Shown here piece after piece: positions 27,201 to 38,579 of a stretch of DNA of 64,000 bases. The stretch is taken from contig NC_087437.1 of the NCBI RefSeq assembly GCF_036321535.1, positions 115,942,001 to 116,006,000 on the forward strand. The letters are read 5' to 3'. Position numbers and translations under genes: made by a program. Each line of letters begins with the position of its first letter. Position 1 is the first letter of the stretch. Under the pieces are notes generated by a model. That model did no database searches. It saw only the letters and a list, made by a program, of their open reading frames with translations, and had not been told where the DNA came from. Source of the DNA: Camelus dromedarius. Its lineage: Eukaryota.

Positions 27201-28559
27201 TTGCAGTAAAAGGACAATCTACTTTGGACTGATCGGGGACAACCAAAAGAAAGGCTGGCGTAGTTGAACAATTGCTTATTTTAAGAACATCTTATTCAGT
27301 CAGTGACAAAATTGGAGGTTCATTTGAAAATGATTGGCAGATTTTCATGAAATTATCCTATCCCAGACTAGTTTTGTGTGTCACCACAATGTCATCTTCT
27401 CTATCAGTTGCTCTAAAATCTGGATGTTACAAACCCTGTGTATGGGTGAGCCATTGTGGGTGACTTTGGTGTTGTTTTGGAGATTAGGTGATTATTTATA
27501 ATCAGGAATTTTCAGAGGAGATACACTTGCTGATCTGAGGATGCCGCGTGATAGCCCTTATTACCCCGTGCCCAGCATAACCTTTTTGTTTTCCCCTGAT
27601 AGCCAAGTCTCATAAAAGAATCAGCATTGCTAATTTAAAATAAACTCCACTTATATACACAATGAGAATAGAGAATCGAGACTCTTATTTCAATATTGTA
27701 GACCAAATGAACTATTTCTCTGAAAAACAAAATTCACTGAAAGAAAAGAATTTTAGCTCATTATTTTTAAAAATTATTTTGAAGTCTTATAAAAATGATC
27801 TTTACTCATTTTGCAGTTGTAGATCTGAACCACACCTCACACTGGGGGAGCCATGCCATTGAGGTTATTTCCCGATGAAGGTGGTTCCATACAAACCCAT
27901 CGTATGCTTACTCTTTGGTGGTAGCAGTGGGAACTCTGGCTTAGTGACAGGCACTGAAAGGATTCACCTAAGACTTCATGTTTCCCGGGGCCTCCATTCA
28001 TGCTGTTCCAAGCAAGACTAAATCCAAGGTGACTTCCATTAGGGCTTCAGCGAGTTTTACTCCACGAGCAGAGAAAACGACAAGAGTTCAACATGCATGA
28101 CTGGGAACAACTATGAAGTGAAAATCAAGCAACAGTGTTTTTGCAAACGAGAAAGGAGTTCTTCATATCACAAAATAACATGGTCCTATCACCTGCAGGA
28201 CTGACAAATCTCCCATTTGTAACCCTCGGCATACTTGTCCTGACAGTGCCTCAGGAAGGACAAATTCCCAAAGACACATTCTGGCATGCTGCAGCCAAGT
28301 GACTGCATGTGAAGGTGACAAGGCCCAACAAGTGGCAGCTCTGTTTAACCTGAGCTCTAACTCGCCGCTGCAGCCCTCACTCAGGCTCAGCCTCCTTCCC
28401 AGTTGTGTGTTACTTATTCACTGGAGCGATCTCAACATTCCACACCTGGACCGCGGCCACGTGCAATCCCTCTTGCTTATGGAGCGCTCAATGTTAGGGC
28501 TTTCTTTGGGCTGAATCCATCATCAGCCTGGTCTCTCCACTCGTGAGTGAGCTTCTAAT

Positions 28560-28580
28560 TTCAGCACCAGGGAAAGCACT
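28560..28580 (+). promoter_or_regulatory. RE1/NRSE (REST binding site) candidate
   Basis: TTCAGCACCAGGGAAAGCACT vs consensus TTCAGCACCnnGGACAGCGCC. Perfect left half, canonical spacing, GGAnAGC right half. Confidence 0.7.
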
Positions 28581-29789
28581 AAAACGGGATCATTTTACTG
28601 TTGCTGGTTTACGACTCTGGGCATGCTTTGGTCCTCCTCCCTTCCCACCAGCATCCAGGTGTCTCCTGATCCCAGTATTTTCTCTCAAGTCTGCCTTGCC
28701 CAAGGCTGCTAGATTAAGATGGCAGAATAAAATTTGTGTATCCTCCCTTTTGCCCCCTAACAAAGCCATCACTTGAGATCTAAGACTCAAGTTCCATGGC
28801 CATCCATGGTCCCTCTTTTCTCTATGAGGTGGTAGATCATACCCCTTCCTGATCAACCCTCATTCCCAGTGTTCCCTGCGTGCAGACTGATTTCTCATTT
28901 GAAATGCTCTCCTGTCCCTGTTTCCCAATCAAAACTCTACTTCTGCCAAGATTCCTTTAACTTCCACCATAACCTTGGATGTTTCCTACCCACATCAGCC
29001 TTTTTTGATGTTCCCCTTCCATAGTCAAAGCCCAGCACTCTCTTAACACTTTGCTTCTTTGTCTTGTAAATTATTGTTTCACTAATATTCTTATTTTCGA
29101 AGTCCCAATGCCTCCGAGGGCTAAAATTAGGACACTTCTTCCTTTTTCCTCCTTTGTCTTCTTTACATAGTAGATACTTGTTAAAGGTTTGTTGACTGAC
29201 TGGTTCAAGAAGCCATGGTGATTCAAAGGCAGCTATTAAAGGTCAATTTCTGGAAATATGCAGATGGTCAAGAGAGGTTTTAAACAAAAACGAATGTTAT
29301 ATAACTACAATTATTCTTCACCTGACTGCATGAAGGTTTGCCATGATAAGCCCACTATTCAGTTTTTGAAATGTGACTTTTCTCCAGAGTACACCATTCT
29401 TATTCCCTGATGACATCTTTTATTTAAAGGATAATAGATGAGACTATTAATTCAAAATAAGAACTAGAAAACTTCTGGACGGATGAACTCAAATTCCAAA
29501 AGACTAAGAAGTTTATTTATATGAAGAGAGCAATAGAGAAGCCTTTGCTTGCCCATAACCTTCTCCACTTAGTGTGATTGTGCATATTTTGCCTGTTGGA
29601 ACAAGAGCCTTTTGTTTTTGTCTTTTTCCCTCGGGCATTGAGTCCAGGTTAGATCTGCTTATGCAGTGGAAGATAAGGGCAGGCATTCCATCTCCAGTTG
29701 TGGCTTTGCATAGCTCTCAAGCGAGCACACATTTGGAAGGCTTCACTATTGGAAGATGCCTACAAGAAGGGCAGCATTTGAGAAAAAGC

Positions 29790-29970
29790 CAGTGGTTCTC
29801 AAACTTAGTGGCTGCTCAGATTCCTGGAGGAGATGAGCAGATGGTTTGCTCCATCCCCAGAGTTTCTGATGCAGTGGATCTGAGGTGGGCTTGAGAATTA
29901 GCATTTGTGATCAGTTGCCTTGGTGACACTGTTGCTACTGGTTTTGGGACACATGTTGGGAACCACCGAC
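29790..29970. mobile_element. MER5A MITE, near full length
   Basis: CAGTGGTTCTCAAACTT...CCCCAGAGTTTCTGATGCAGTGGATCTGAGGTGGG...TTGGGAACCACCG with recognisable terminal inverted repeats. Confidence 0.88.
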
Positions 29971-30939
29971 CTAAGCTTTCTGTCAGCTTTAATGCTTCTT
30001 TCTGACCACAGAGATCCATCTGTGGACAGAAGGGAGACATGAGACGTGCTGGCTTGGGGCTCAACACTCCTCAGCTGCTAATGAGAAAGAGGGCCACCTC
30101 ATTCAGTCTCCTTCTCAATGAAGGAATTCTTTTATGACAGCACATCTATAATAGGTCCTTTATTTGCTTCTCTCTTTGTGACCTCTCTCTTTACATGCCT
30201 CACTGTGATGGGTCTGGTCACCACCCCAGGAGGGTGAATATATATTCAGGTTATTCGCTGGTGAGTTTTCAGGACACAGCTGAAAAGGAAGAGGTCCATT
30301 CCTTCCTTGCTAGTATTGAAACTGGATTCCTTAAGAGTAGGAACTCCGTCTTATTCACATCCTATTTTGCACAAAAGAAATGTCTGCAAATCTGAAGTGT
30401 ATTCTGGCTGATGTGTCATGGGGTTTCAACTCTGAAAGGAAATTGGGGCTTTTTACAAAGAAGAAGTTGTGGGGTGCTGTGAGAAGCCCCCACTGAGGTA
30501 TTCCATTCCTTAGCTATACTGAAAATAGAGAGTGATTGACAACATAAAGGAGAAGGGTAAATCTTCCCCATGAGTGGTAAATCCTGTGGGCCTGCAGCCT
30601 GGTCATGTGGTCGTTGTGCTCCAGGCCTGCTCTTATGGGCCACACGGGTATGGACCGAGAGATGTCATTTGGTGAAATTTGACTCTTACAGAGAAGTGGT
30701 GGTTCTCCAAGAAAATGATGGCTTCACAGAGTGACCATCACTGTCTACTCTCTGGACCTCTGTTGACTGAAACTGTAGGTCATCACTGTCTTTATGGGGA
30801 TTGGAAGCTCCGGGTTGGCAGAGACTTTAAAACACCTGTACTCCAGCCCTAAATCTTAGCTCTCTCAGCTTCTCTGTGCCTTCCAGTGGTGGGGAATGTG
30901 CAAATGGAGAGGACAGATCACATTACCCCTGCCCAGCTC

Positions 30940-31220
30940 TGACTACAGAACATTCTTTCTTATATTGAAGGGAAATATGGCACTTTGTAACTTCCACCAC
31001 TAGGTCCTAGTTTTATCCCTTAGAGGCCAGCAGAACAATTATAATCGCTCCTTCATCTTCAAATATCAAGACACCTGAAAACAACTATCTTACCCTCCTG
31101 TCAAGAATTCTCTAGGGGAAACAGTCCCAATTCCTTCATCTACTTCTTATGTTATGTGATTTAGACTTACCTACCATGTGGATTGCTCCCTTCTGCATGT
31201 GACTGAGTTGGTGTATATCC
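30940..31220 (-). mobile_element. Ancient CR1/L3 LINE fragment
   Basis: TTCTTTCTTATATTGAAG...TGTAACTTCCACCACTAGGTCCTAGTTTTATCCCT...CAGAACAA...CTTCAAATAT resembles antisense L3/CR1 RT region. Confidence 0.55.
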
Positions 31221-32254
31221 TTTCTAGGTTGAAATGATAGGATTGGGCAGTGAAATAAACCCTCTCCTCAAAAACGCTCTCTTCATTGAACAGAAGTTCC
31301 ACTATGGGATATTCTGCACTTTGGAATGATAAGAGATTTCAAGTGTTCAAGAGTTCTCTGATACAATATAATTGCCCCATGGGAGGATGAACATATATTA
31401 GTGGTAGGTGTTCATTGTTTCAGCTTGGCCACCTTGGGCCCTGCATGAATGAACCATGGCTTTCGCACCTAAGTTGGAGGAGTGGGAATGACATAGCTGG
31501 AAGCAATATGGAAGACCACCATGTTTCTCCTGGCCCTTTCTTTCATAGCATTCTCATGTATCTCCTCCTGACATTTCTCTTTTCTAAGTTGTGTATTTGG
31601 CATTAAAGCTGATCTCTCCCTTCTAGTGAAAAGGTATAGATTTAAGTTTCCAAGGGTACCTGCTCTCCTTTGAGGCAGGCAGGAGTTCTCAAAAACTACT
31701 TACAAATTATATGGTCTATTTTCAGAAGAACACTGCTCTTGTTGGATTATTTCAACTTAAACTTAAAGCATGTGTTTAACCTATAGATGTGTATGTGATT
31801 CAAAACAAAATGCAAATTGCTAGTCAACGGCGAGTGCTAGGTCTTGGAAGACAGAATCTAATTCTTCAGCATTCTTAGACACAGTGTGGGTGTAATTGTC
31901 AGGATTGGAAACTTTCTCCTGAGCATGGGTTGTGAAGTTGGATTTTATTTGTGTCTACTCTAATGGTTCAGCTCCCAGAAGTCAAACAATACAGATTTGC
32001 GTCTCTTTTGTAAGCATCAAATACACCTACTCCAAAAGTCAAAAGATCTCATCTAATTTACTAAAAAAAAAAATACACCAATGAAGAATGACTTGATGGC
32101 TCAACAAAACATTATTTCAAATAAGGATCTTTTTACCACTGGGACAAATCATTGGTTCTAACCCACTCTATTCCTGATTCACACTAACAGTATTTCTTTG
32201 ACACAAGATATTTATATTAAAGTAGTCAAATGTGCATGTATAACATTGGATATA

Positions 32255-32625
32255 TATGCCAAAGACTCAAGTGTGTTTACCCTACCAGTTTGCCTTCCTC
32301 CGGGGCATAGAGCTAAACTACAACTTCCAGCTACCTTTGCAATTAAGTGTTGCCATAGAATATGGGCAAGATTAATATAATTACGTCCAGGCTCCTATCA
32401 TTGAAAATCTCCTGCATAATCACCTATTCTCCCTCTTTCCCTATCTGCCAATTGCAAATCAACACTCAGGAGATCTTGGAAGCCAAGTGTTAAAGACAAT
32501 AAAATATCCATCAATCTGATCCCTGGTATGGCATCAGCCAACTGGATTTACAAGGATGAGAAAACCATCTTCCATTTTGCTAAACTGCTGAGACTTAGGG
32601 ATTTTCTGTTGTAGCAGCTATCTAA
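32255..32625 (+). mobile_element. MLT1I/J-like MaLR LTR
   Basis: AGCTAAACTACAACTTCCAGCTACCTTTGCAATTAAGTGTTGCCAT...GCTGAGACTTAGGGATTTTCTGTTGTAGCAGCTA. Confidence 0.65.
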
Positions 32626-32679
32626 TCAATAGAATCCACTTAGCTTCACTGAGGACCAAACAACGACACATTGTAACAA

Positions 32680-32853
32680 ATGAATAACGGCACCTGCTAT
32701 TTATAAAGTGTCTACTTTGTGCTGGATATTGTGCTAAGAACCTTACATTATCACACTAATCCTCGCAACATCTTTGGAGTGGACATCATTATTATTTTCA
32801 CCTTATAGACAGGCAAACCAAAAGCTTGAAGCTGATCGAGGTCACCCAGTTAG
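32680..32853 (-). mobile_element. MIR SINE fragment
   Basis: TTTATAAAGTGTCTACTTTGTGCTGGATATTGTGCTAAG...TAATCCTCGCAACA...GAGGTCACCCAGTTAGT. Confidence 0.7.
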
Positions 32854-33311
32854 TGTCGTGGATTATATTATTGTCCCCAGTTATTCACTTCCTTCTCTGT
32901 AAGAAAATTGATTATACGTCTCCACCTATTGCTATATGACTTGCAGTGCCTCGTTGTGGGAGAAATGTACATCTCCATTTCATTGGCCATTGGCATTGGT
33001 GTGACCCGGGACTTGGTTTTTGGCCAGTGGAACATGAGTGGATAACTTGTTTCATATCTGAGCAAGACTTTTAAGAGCCATTGCTTAATTGGCTCTTAAT
33101 TGGCATTCTCCTTTCCCTCTGACACTGGAATGGAATGTCCCAGATCAGATTGGTCTCATCCTGGATCCCAGAAGAAGACACTGAGGGGCAGAGCCACAGC
33201 TGACCAGCAAAAGCATGTAGCTTCGTGGAGAAGTAAATCTGTGTTTTGTAAGCCATTGAGAGATTGGAATTGCTGTTACTGCACCAAACGTAGTCAAAGC
33301 TGACAGATACA
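32854..33311 (+). mobile_element. MLT1H-like MaLR solo LTR
   Basis: TG start, GACTTGGTTTTGGCCAGTGGAACATGAGTGGA, TGTAAGCCATTGAGAGATT...TGTTACTGCA...AAGCTGACAGATACA end. Confidence 0.8.
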
Positions 33312-36300
33312 CCTAGAACTTGATGCAAATGCCATTAATTATACACCAGAACTAGTGCTATTACTCACGAAATGACACTTTCCAGGCACACTGTCACACT
33401 TGCACACATTCCTATTAGATAATACAATGAAATTTAAAGCTTCATTTAAAAAAGTCTGTTTTTTCAGGGTAAAAACATTTTGGGTAGGAGACGGGTGATG
33501 CCTGTAAATTTAAAGGGAAAACTGCCTCAGCACCAGGATCAAAACTTAATTTATAGGTTTGTCTCTCACAATGTATATAAAATGTTCAGATTTAGTCTCT
33601 CTCCCCAACACAACATTGTTGGCAAAAATATGGATCCTATAGATGCAGTTGCTGGCTCATTTTGTAAAATTTTCACACTGGAAACCGCATTTCTGTGACT
33701 GGGAAGATGACTGGTGGTGAATATTTGTCAAAATCTACTCACTAAAAGAGAACACCAGTACTGCATGCTCCCTGGTCCTAAGTACAGCCATAAAGAGGAA
33801 CCGTGAAGTGCGAGACTGAAGGGGTCACTGGGATTAATCTGACATGAACTCATCTGTAAAAACAGGAATTAAGTAGCCATTTCATTAAAACTTGGGGTTA
33901 TCTTCACACATTGTAAGTAGGAAAGTTGATTAATAGCCTTAATGCATCGGGAAAAATAGAGATTTGAATGGCCATTTGGACATTGTGCATTGAGCAGAAT
34001 CAGCCTCTGAGGCTTTGTTTAAATAACTATTCAGTTCAGTAATAAAGAAATAAATGAGTATCTGTAGTTGATTAGCAGGTATGGTTAGATCAAGACTATA
34101 GTTGAGGGAATACAGAATATTCTTTTTAAGATGACACTGTCCTTTATTTGAAGGAAATAACTTCATTAATTTGTGCTAGTAAAATGTTGTCAAGTATGTG
34201 TGTATTGCAGTACTTTGTCAGAAGAGAGTCAGAATACCATTCAGCACTGACTACAATTACCATGACCTCTTATTTCTATGGGACCCTAATTATTCCTAGG
34301 ACTCATTATTTTAAATACATTTTAAAGTGTATTTTTATCCCAAATGACTTTATTTTATTTTTCTACCTCCCTAAAAACTTTAAGTATAGTGAAAGGGGGA
34401 AAAAAAACCCTGTTAATTCAACAGAAGTGTCTTGATAATTTTTCAACTTAACTACCAATTTCTCTTCTATTGGTATTAGTAAATTTAACAATTTTTTAAA
34501 TATCCGGAGTGAACCAATTCTCTTTTGGTACTTAAATGAAAATTATTGAAAATAAAAGAAAGAAACAATAAATGCCATCTCAGTAAGCCAAATCCAAATT
34601 TGTTGAATTTAAACATTTCAATTCCACCAACCTCAAAGTTCTGATACAATGAACTAAAACAAAAACAAAAACAAACCTTGCTTTGAAAAGTATTATCACT
34701 TTAAATCTGATAAAAATAAATAACTGCCTTTTTCCCTGGCTCTTTTTCTGTGCCTTATTCTGGCTCTCCCTGGTCCATTTCCCTTATTAATCTACATATT
34801 ACTTACATATCATTTGATTAAGGAAGATTTAATGAAAAAGAGAAGAGCTTTATCTTGTCCGCCTGCTTATTTTGATAAAGAGGGTTTATCTTGTCTTCAT
34901 GAAAATTCACATTAGCAACATCCAACCCTTGAGGAAAGTAACACTTTCTACCTGTGAAGATCAGCGAATGGCATTAAACTTCTACAAGGCTGTATTTACC
35001 TATTTTTAATCTCCAATGATGTTTTCCCTATTGCTTAAAATACCTTTTCTCATGTTTTATTTTCTTTTTATCCTGTAAAGTAAGGGTAATTTGTGAGAAG
35101 GTAGGGAGGAATATGAGAGTAAATTAAAGCATTTTTATACACTCAAAGGAAACAGCATATGCCAGTCCTATGTATTAAATAAAGACCCGGTTTGTAATAC
35201 AAGTGAATATACTGTTTACTGATGGTTAGGACATACCAAAGTGGGGTATGAAAATGATTGTTTTAAAAATTACAAAATGGCTCCAAGTGCACAGGAATAA
35301 AATTAAGTTGCTCTCCTTAACAAATCCTACTTGAAATGGGTAAACCAATTATTTTAGAGTATGCTATTGACTGCTATCAGGACATAATGACCGTTTGCTC
35401 GGCAATTAGCCACCCAGGAAGAAAGCAAGTCATAGTTTGGTAAATTAGCGCTGAATACAGGAACATGGAATCCACCAGAACCAAAGATTACTGACTGAGT
35501 AGTTTCTTATACCTAGATTACTTATATTCCCATCTTTTTTTTAATTCATGAGAAAAATTGAACTTTAGAACTCACAAATACATTACTTTGTTTATCTAAT
35601 GATCAGTATTCTTGTCTGGCTTTATCTTCGTAAGTAATGTCTACTTCCCTTCTGCTGATAGCATCAGATGGAGTATTGCTGCTTTGTTTAAGTCCTAATA
35701 ATACTCCATTCATCACTTCTGTCTACTTTGGGTAGCAACTATTTTATAAATTAGACTATAGATAAACTTGTCAATATCCATCAGGAACTGAAATGTAAAA
35801 CATAGTGTAATATCTCACCCTTTGCCCAGATTTAGAATAGATTGCTTCTGCCTTCACTAGCGATCATGGAAAAAAAAAAAAAAAAGACAGGAAAGTATAA
35901 ACATACTGCTTTATCCAAGTCCTTACTGCTCTACATGCATCATCTCTACATGCCCAGCAAGGAAAACCAGGATACATCTTGTTTACCTTCATAAACAGCA
36001 AACCAGAACTAGCTCAAGACCACAAGGGCAGAAAGGCGTCCTAAAAAGAGAATGGCAGCCTTTCCATCCAGTTGCCAAACCTTGACTGGGTTCTGCAGTT
36101 CAAATTGTGCCTTGTAACACCTGGATGCCCAGTTTAAAAGCTTTCTATTCAAAGTGTGACTGCCACCTTCCTCTACTATTTTTCCTCATCAGTATCGGCC
36201 CCCAGGAGGGGGTGTGTGAAGACCCGGTATCAAAGATGAGGGGAGCAGGGCTGAGACCATCCTTGTCCAAGGTGAAGGCAGAATGGTGAGAGGGACTTAC

Positions 36301-36517
36301 CTGTTTTCCCTGTAAGAATGTTGAAATGGAACTGGAGTGATAAAAAAGTATCCCCTCTTGCACAGTTTCTTCCTTGTTTCTATTAAGAAAAGTGACTCCT
36401 CCTCTGCTTCCTGTGCCTGCCAGCTTGGAAATGTAGTCACTGTGCTCACATGCTGACTCGAAGTTTGTCCCTGGGTTTCATCTCACTAACATGCCCTTTC
36501 CCTTTCCTGGAGCTCAC

Positions 36518-36661
36518 CAGCTCTGCTGAGAAGTCTGTCAGGTCTGCACTAAGAGTGAAATGTTTCTCCACCCTCCCGGGTCTCAGGACACCTAGACGGG
36601 AGCTGGTTGGCTGGTATATCGCTGACCACGGTGCTCCCACAGCGCCTTCTGCCATCTACTC
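36518..36661 (-). other. Candidate 144-nt alternative exon in intron 1
   Basis: Acceptor ctcctctctaactttttgtcag|GAGTAGATGG and donor CAGAGCTG|gtgagc. ATG at 36655 is open to the donor (46 codons). Confidence 0.3.
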
Positions 36662-36770
36662 CTGACAAAAAGTTAGAGAGGAGAGCCAGAGGGTGAGGAA
36701 CGAATGAACGCTTTTGAAGCCAAAGGGACTCAGTTGAAAGTAGACAACTCACATCAGGGACTGATCCATG

Positions 36771-36800
36771 GTGTGTGTGTGTGCGTGTGCGTGTGTGTTT

Positions 36801-36847
<47 letters not shown>

Positions 36848-36858
36848 TGTGTGTGTGT
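36771..36858. repeat. (TG)n microsatellite ~88 bp ((CA)n on the gene's sense strand)
   Basis: Near-perfect TG run with a few CG/TT interruptions. Confidence 0.97.
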
Positions 36859-37149
36859 CCCTTTTCTCCCCTGAGAACGGGATTTTCCCCATTCTCAGTT
36901 CAGCTCGGATCGTTTTGCTGTTTCAATGTTCTTGATTTTGAATAGCAATTCTGATGCACGGCCATGCGTGAAATGGATGATTTGCAAGCTTCCCTATCCC
37001 ACGCAGTTCCGTGGATAATCTTACAACCAGATTCCTCACGGGCAAGGGAATCGTTCCTTTATAGAAAGTGACTGGCTTCCCGGGACCCAGGGAACTCACA
37101 GTGCTCACTGTGGCAGCCGACCGGGAGGAGGTGGGAACCCGGGTGCCGG

Positions 37150-37170
37150 TGCTCTGGCCTTGGTGCTGAA
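37150..37170 (-). promoter_or_regulatory. RE1/NRSE (REST binding site) candidate
   Basis: Minus strand TTCAGCACCAAGGCCAGAGCA vs consensus TTCAGCACCnnGGACAGCGCC. Perfect left half and canonical 2-nt spacer, in a CpG-rich patch ~1.5 kb into intron 1. Confidence 0.75.
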
Positions 37171-38579
37171 TCAGGGACCCGCTGCCCAACCATCTCAGCG
37201 GCCCCTGGTCAACTTTGGGAGGTTTGATGGGGAATGGTCAGTTCTAGGCGCCCTCTTGCTGGCCGCAAGCAGGAAGCTGGGCGAAGTCTATGCCCTAAGA
37301 CCCTCCGCAGGGTACGCGGCTGCCTTATTTCTTTGCTTGTAGCTGGGAAAGTTTTGTCCAACGTTTATTTGTTAACTGGAGCTGCCTTCTCCCCTCCCAC
37401 CTGGGTCGCCATGGATACTTGAGCTCTTTCTCTCTTTCTCCAGGCAAAATTGGCGAAGCTTAGTTAGCTCAGCCCTGACTATAGCAAACCCCTTCTTCTT
37501 TCGAGGCAGCTCCTGAGCATCCCCTTCCTCCGTTTTTCAGCAGAAGAAAGATAGGCAGGGAACGGTGCTAGCGGGAATGTGGCATTGCACCCTGTTCTGT
37601 GGGGGTTGCTTGGGGCCACCAGACTTTGGATAAAGCCAGGCAGGAGACATTCTAAACATATAATAAATCTCCAACTCCCAAACACTGGAGTTTTCTCTCC
37701 CCCTCCCCTTCCTTTTTTTGGGAGTGGAGGCGGGATTCTTTGGAAAATTCTGGTATTTTTTTTTTTTCTCCACGAATCTCACCCCATTACTGTGGCTGTT
37801 TCTATCAAGATGTGTTTCCTCCCTAAAAGTGTCTCCATATTGAACCTGGTACAAGAGATATACCTGTGGATTGACCCAAGATTTTATTGGGTTTTGGGAA
37901 TACTGCTGTTATGTCTGTTAAAAACTGATCCAAGCTTAATGTTTTGATGCAAATGAAAATATAACCAGGGGGAAGCAAGCCAGCAGATTGATCCAACCCC
38001 CTAAATGCAGTAAACACTTCATTTTATCAGAAAATTTTGTTTGTTTGTTTGTTTTATTTTTCTTTTCCAATTAAAAAATAATTCAGTTCACTCTAGGGAG
38101 AGCTTCCTATCCACTGTTGATAGTCATATCACATCTCTTGTTATATTGACAAGGAACAGTTAGGAGTTATTGTTTCCCATTCTCGGCTTGTTTTTCCCCA
38201 CCCCTCACTTTTTCTGTTCTTCCTTCTCATGTTCCTCTCTCTGTCTATCTGTCTGTCTGTCTCTCTCTTTCTCCTCTATGCAAAGAAGAACAAGGATACA
38301 GCTTTCCACAAAGACAACGGGCTTTTCCCAACTGTAAATGACTACACTGCAAGCCGCCCCTGTCAGTTAATCCGTGCATTTCATCTTTGCCAACGGATGC
38401 TGAAACGCTGTCTGTAATAACTGACTGGGTTTCTTTGAGCCCAGAGCGTGCAGACCCCTCCTCTCCCCGCCACCTCCCCTTGTGAGTTTTCAGTTGCTAA
38501 TGAAAACCGTATGAAACAGATTTCCCTTCTGTTATGTAACCGGCTTCTCCCTCGCCTTTCCCTTGACTTGGGCATCCAG

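Noticed and set aside
33526..33545. RE1 half-site TCAGCACCAGGA (similar half-site near 61462)
   Set aside because: Right half absent or mis-spaced
35668..35709. Hairpin ATGGAGTATT...AATACTCCAT as a pre-miRNA
   Set aside because: Only a 10-11 bp stem around a ~20-nt loop; too short for a miRNA precursor and expected by chance in 64 kb
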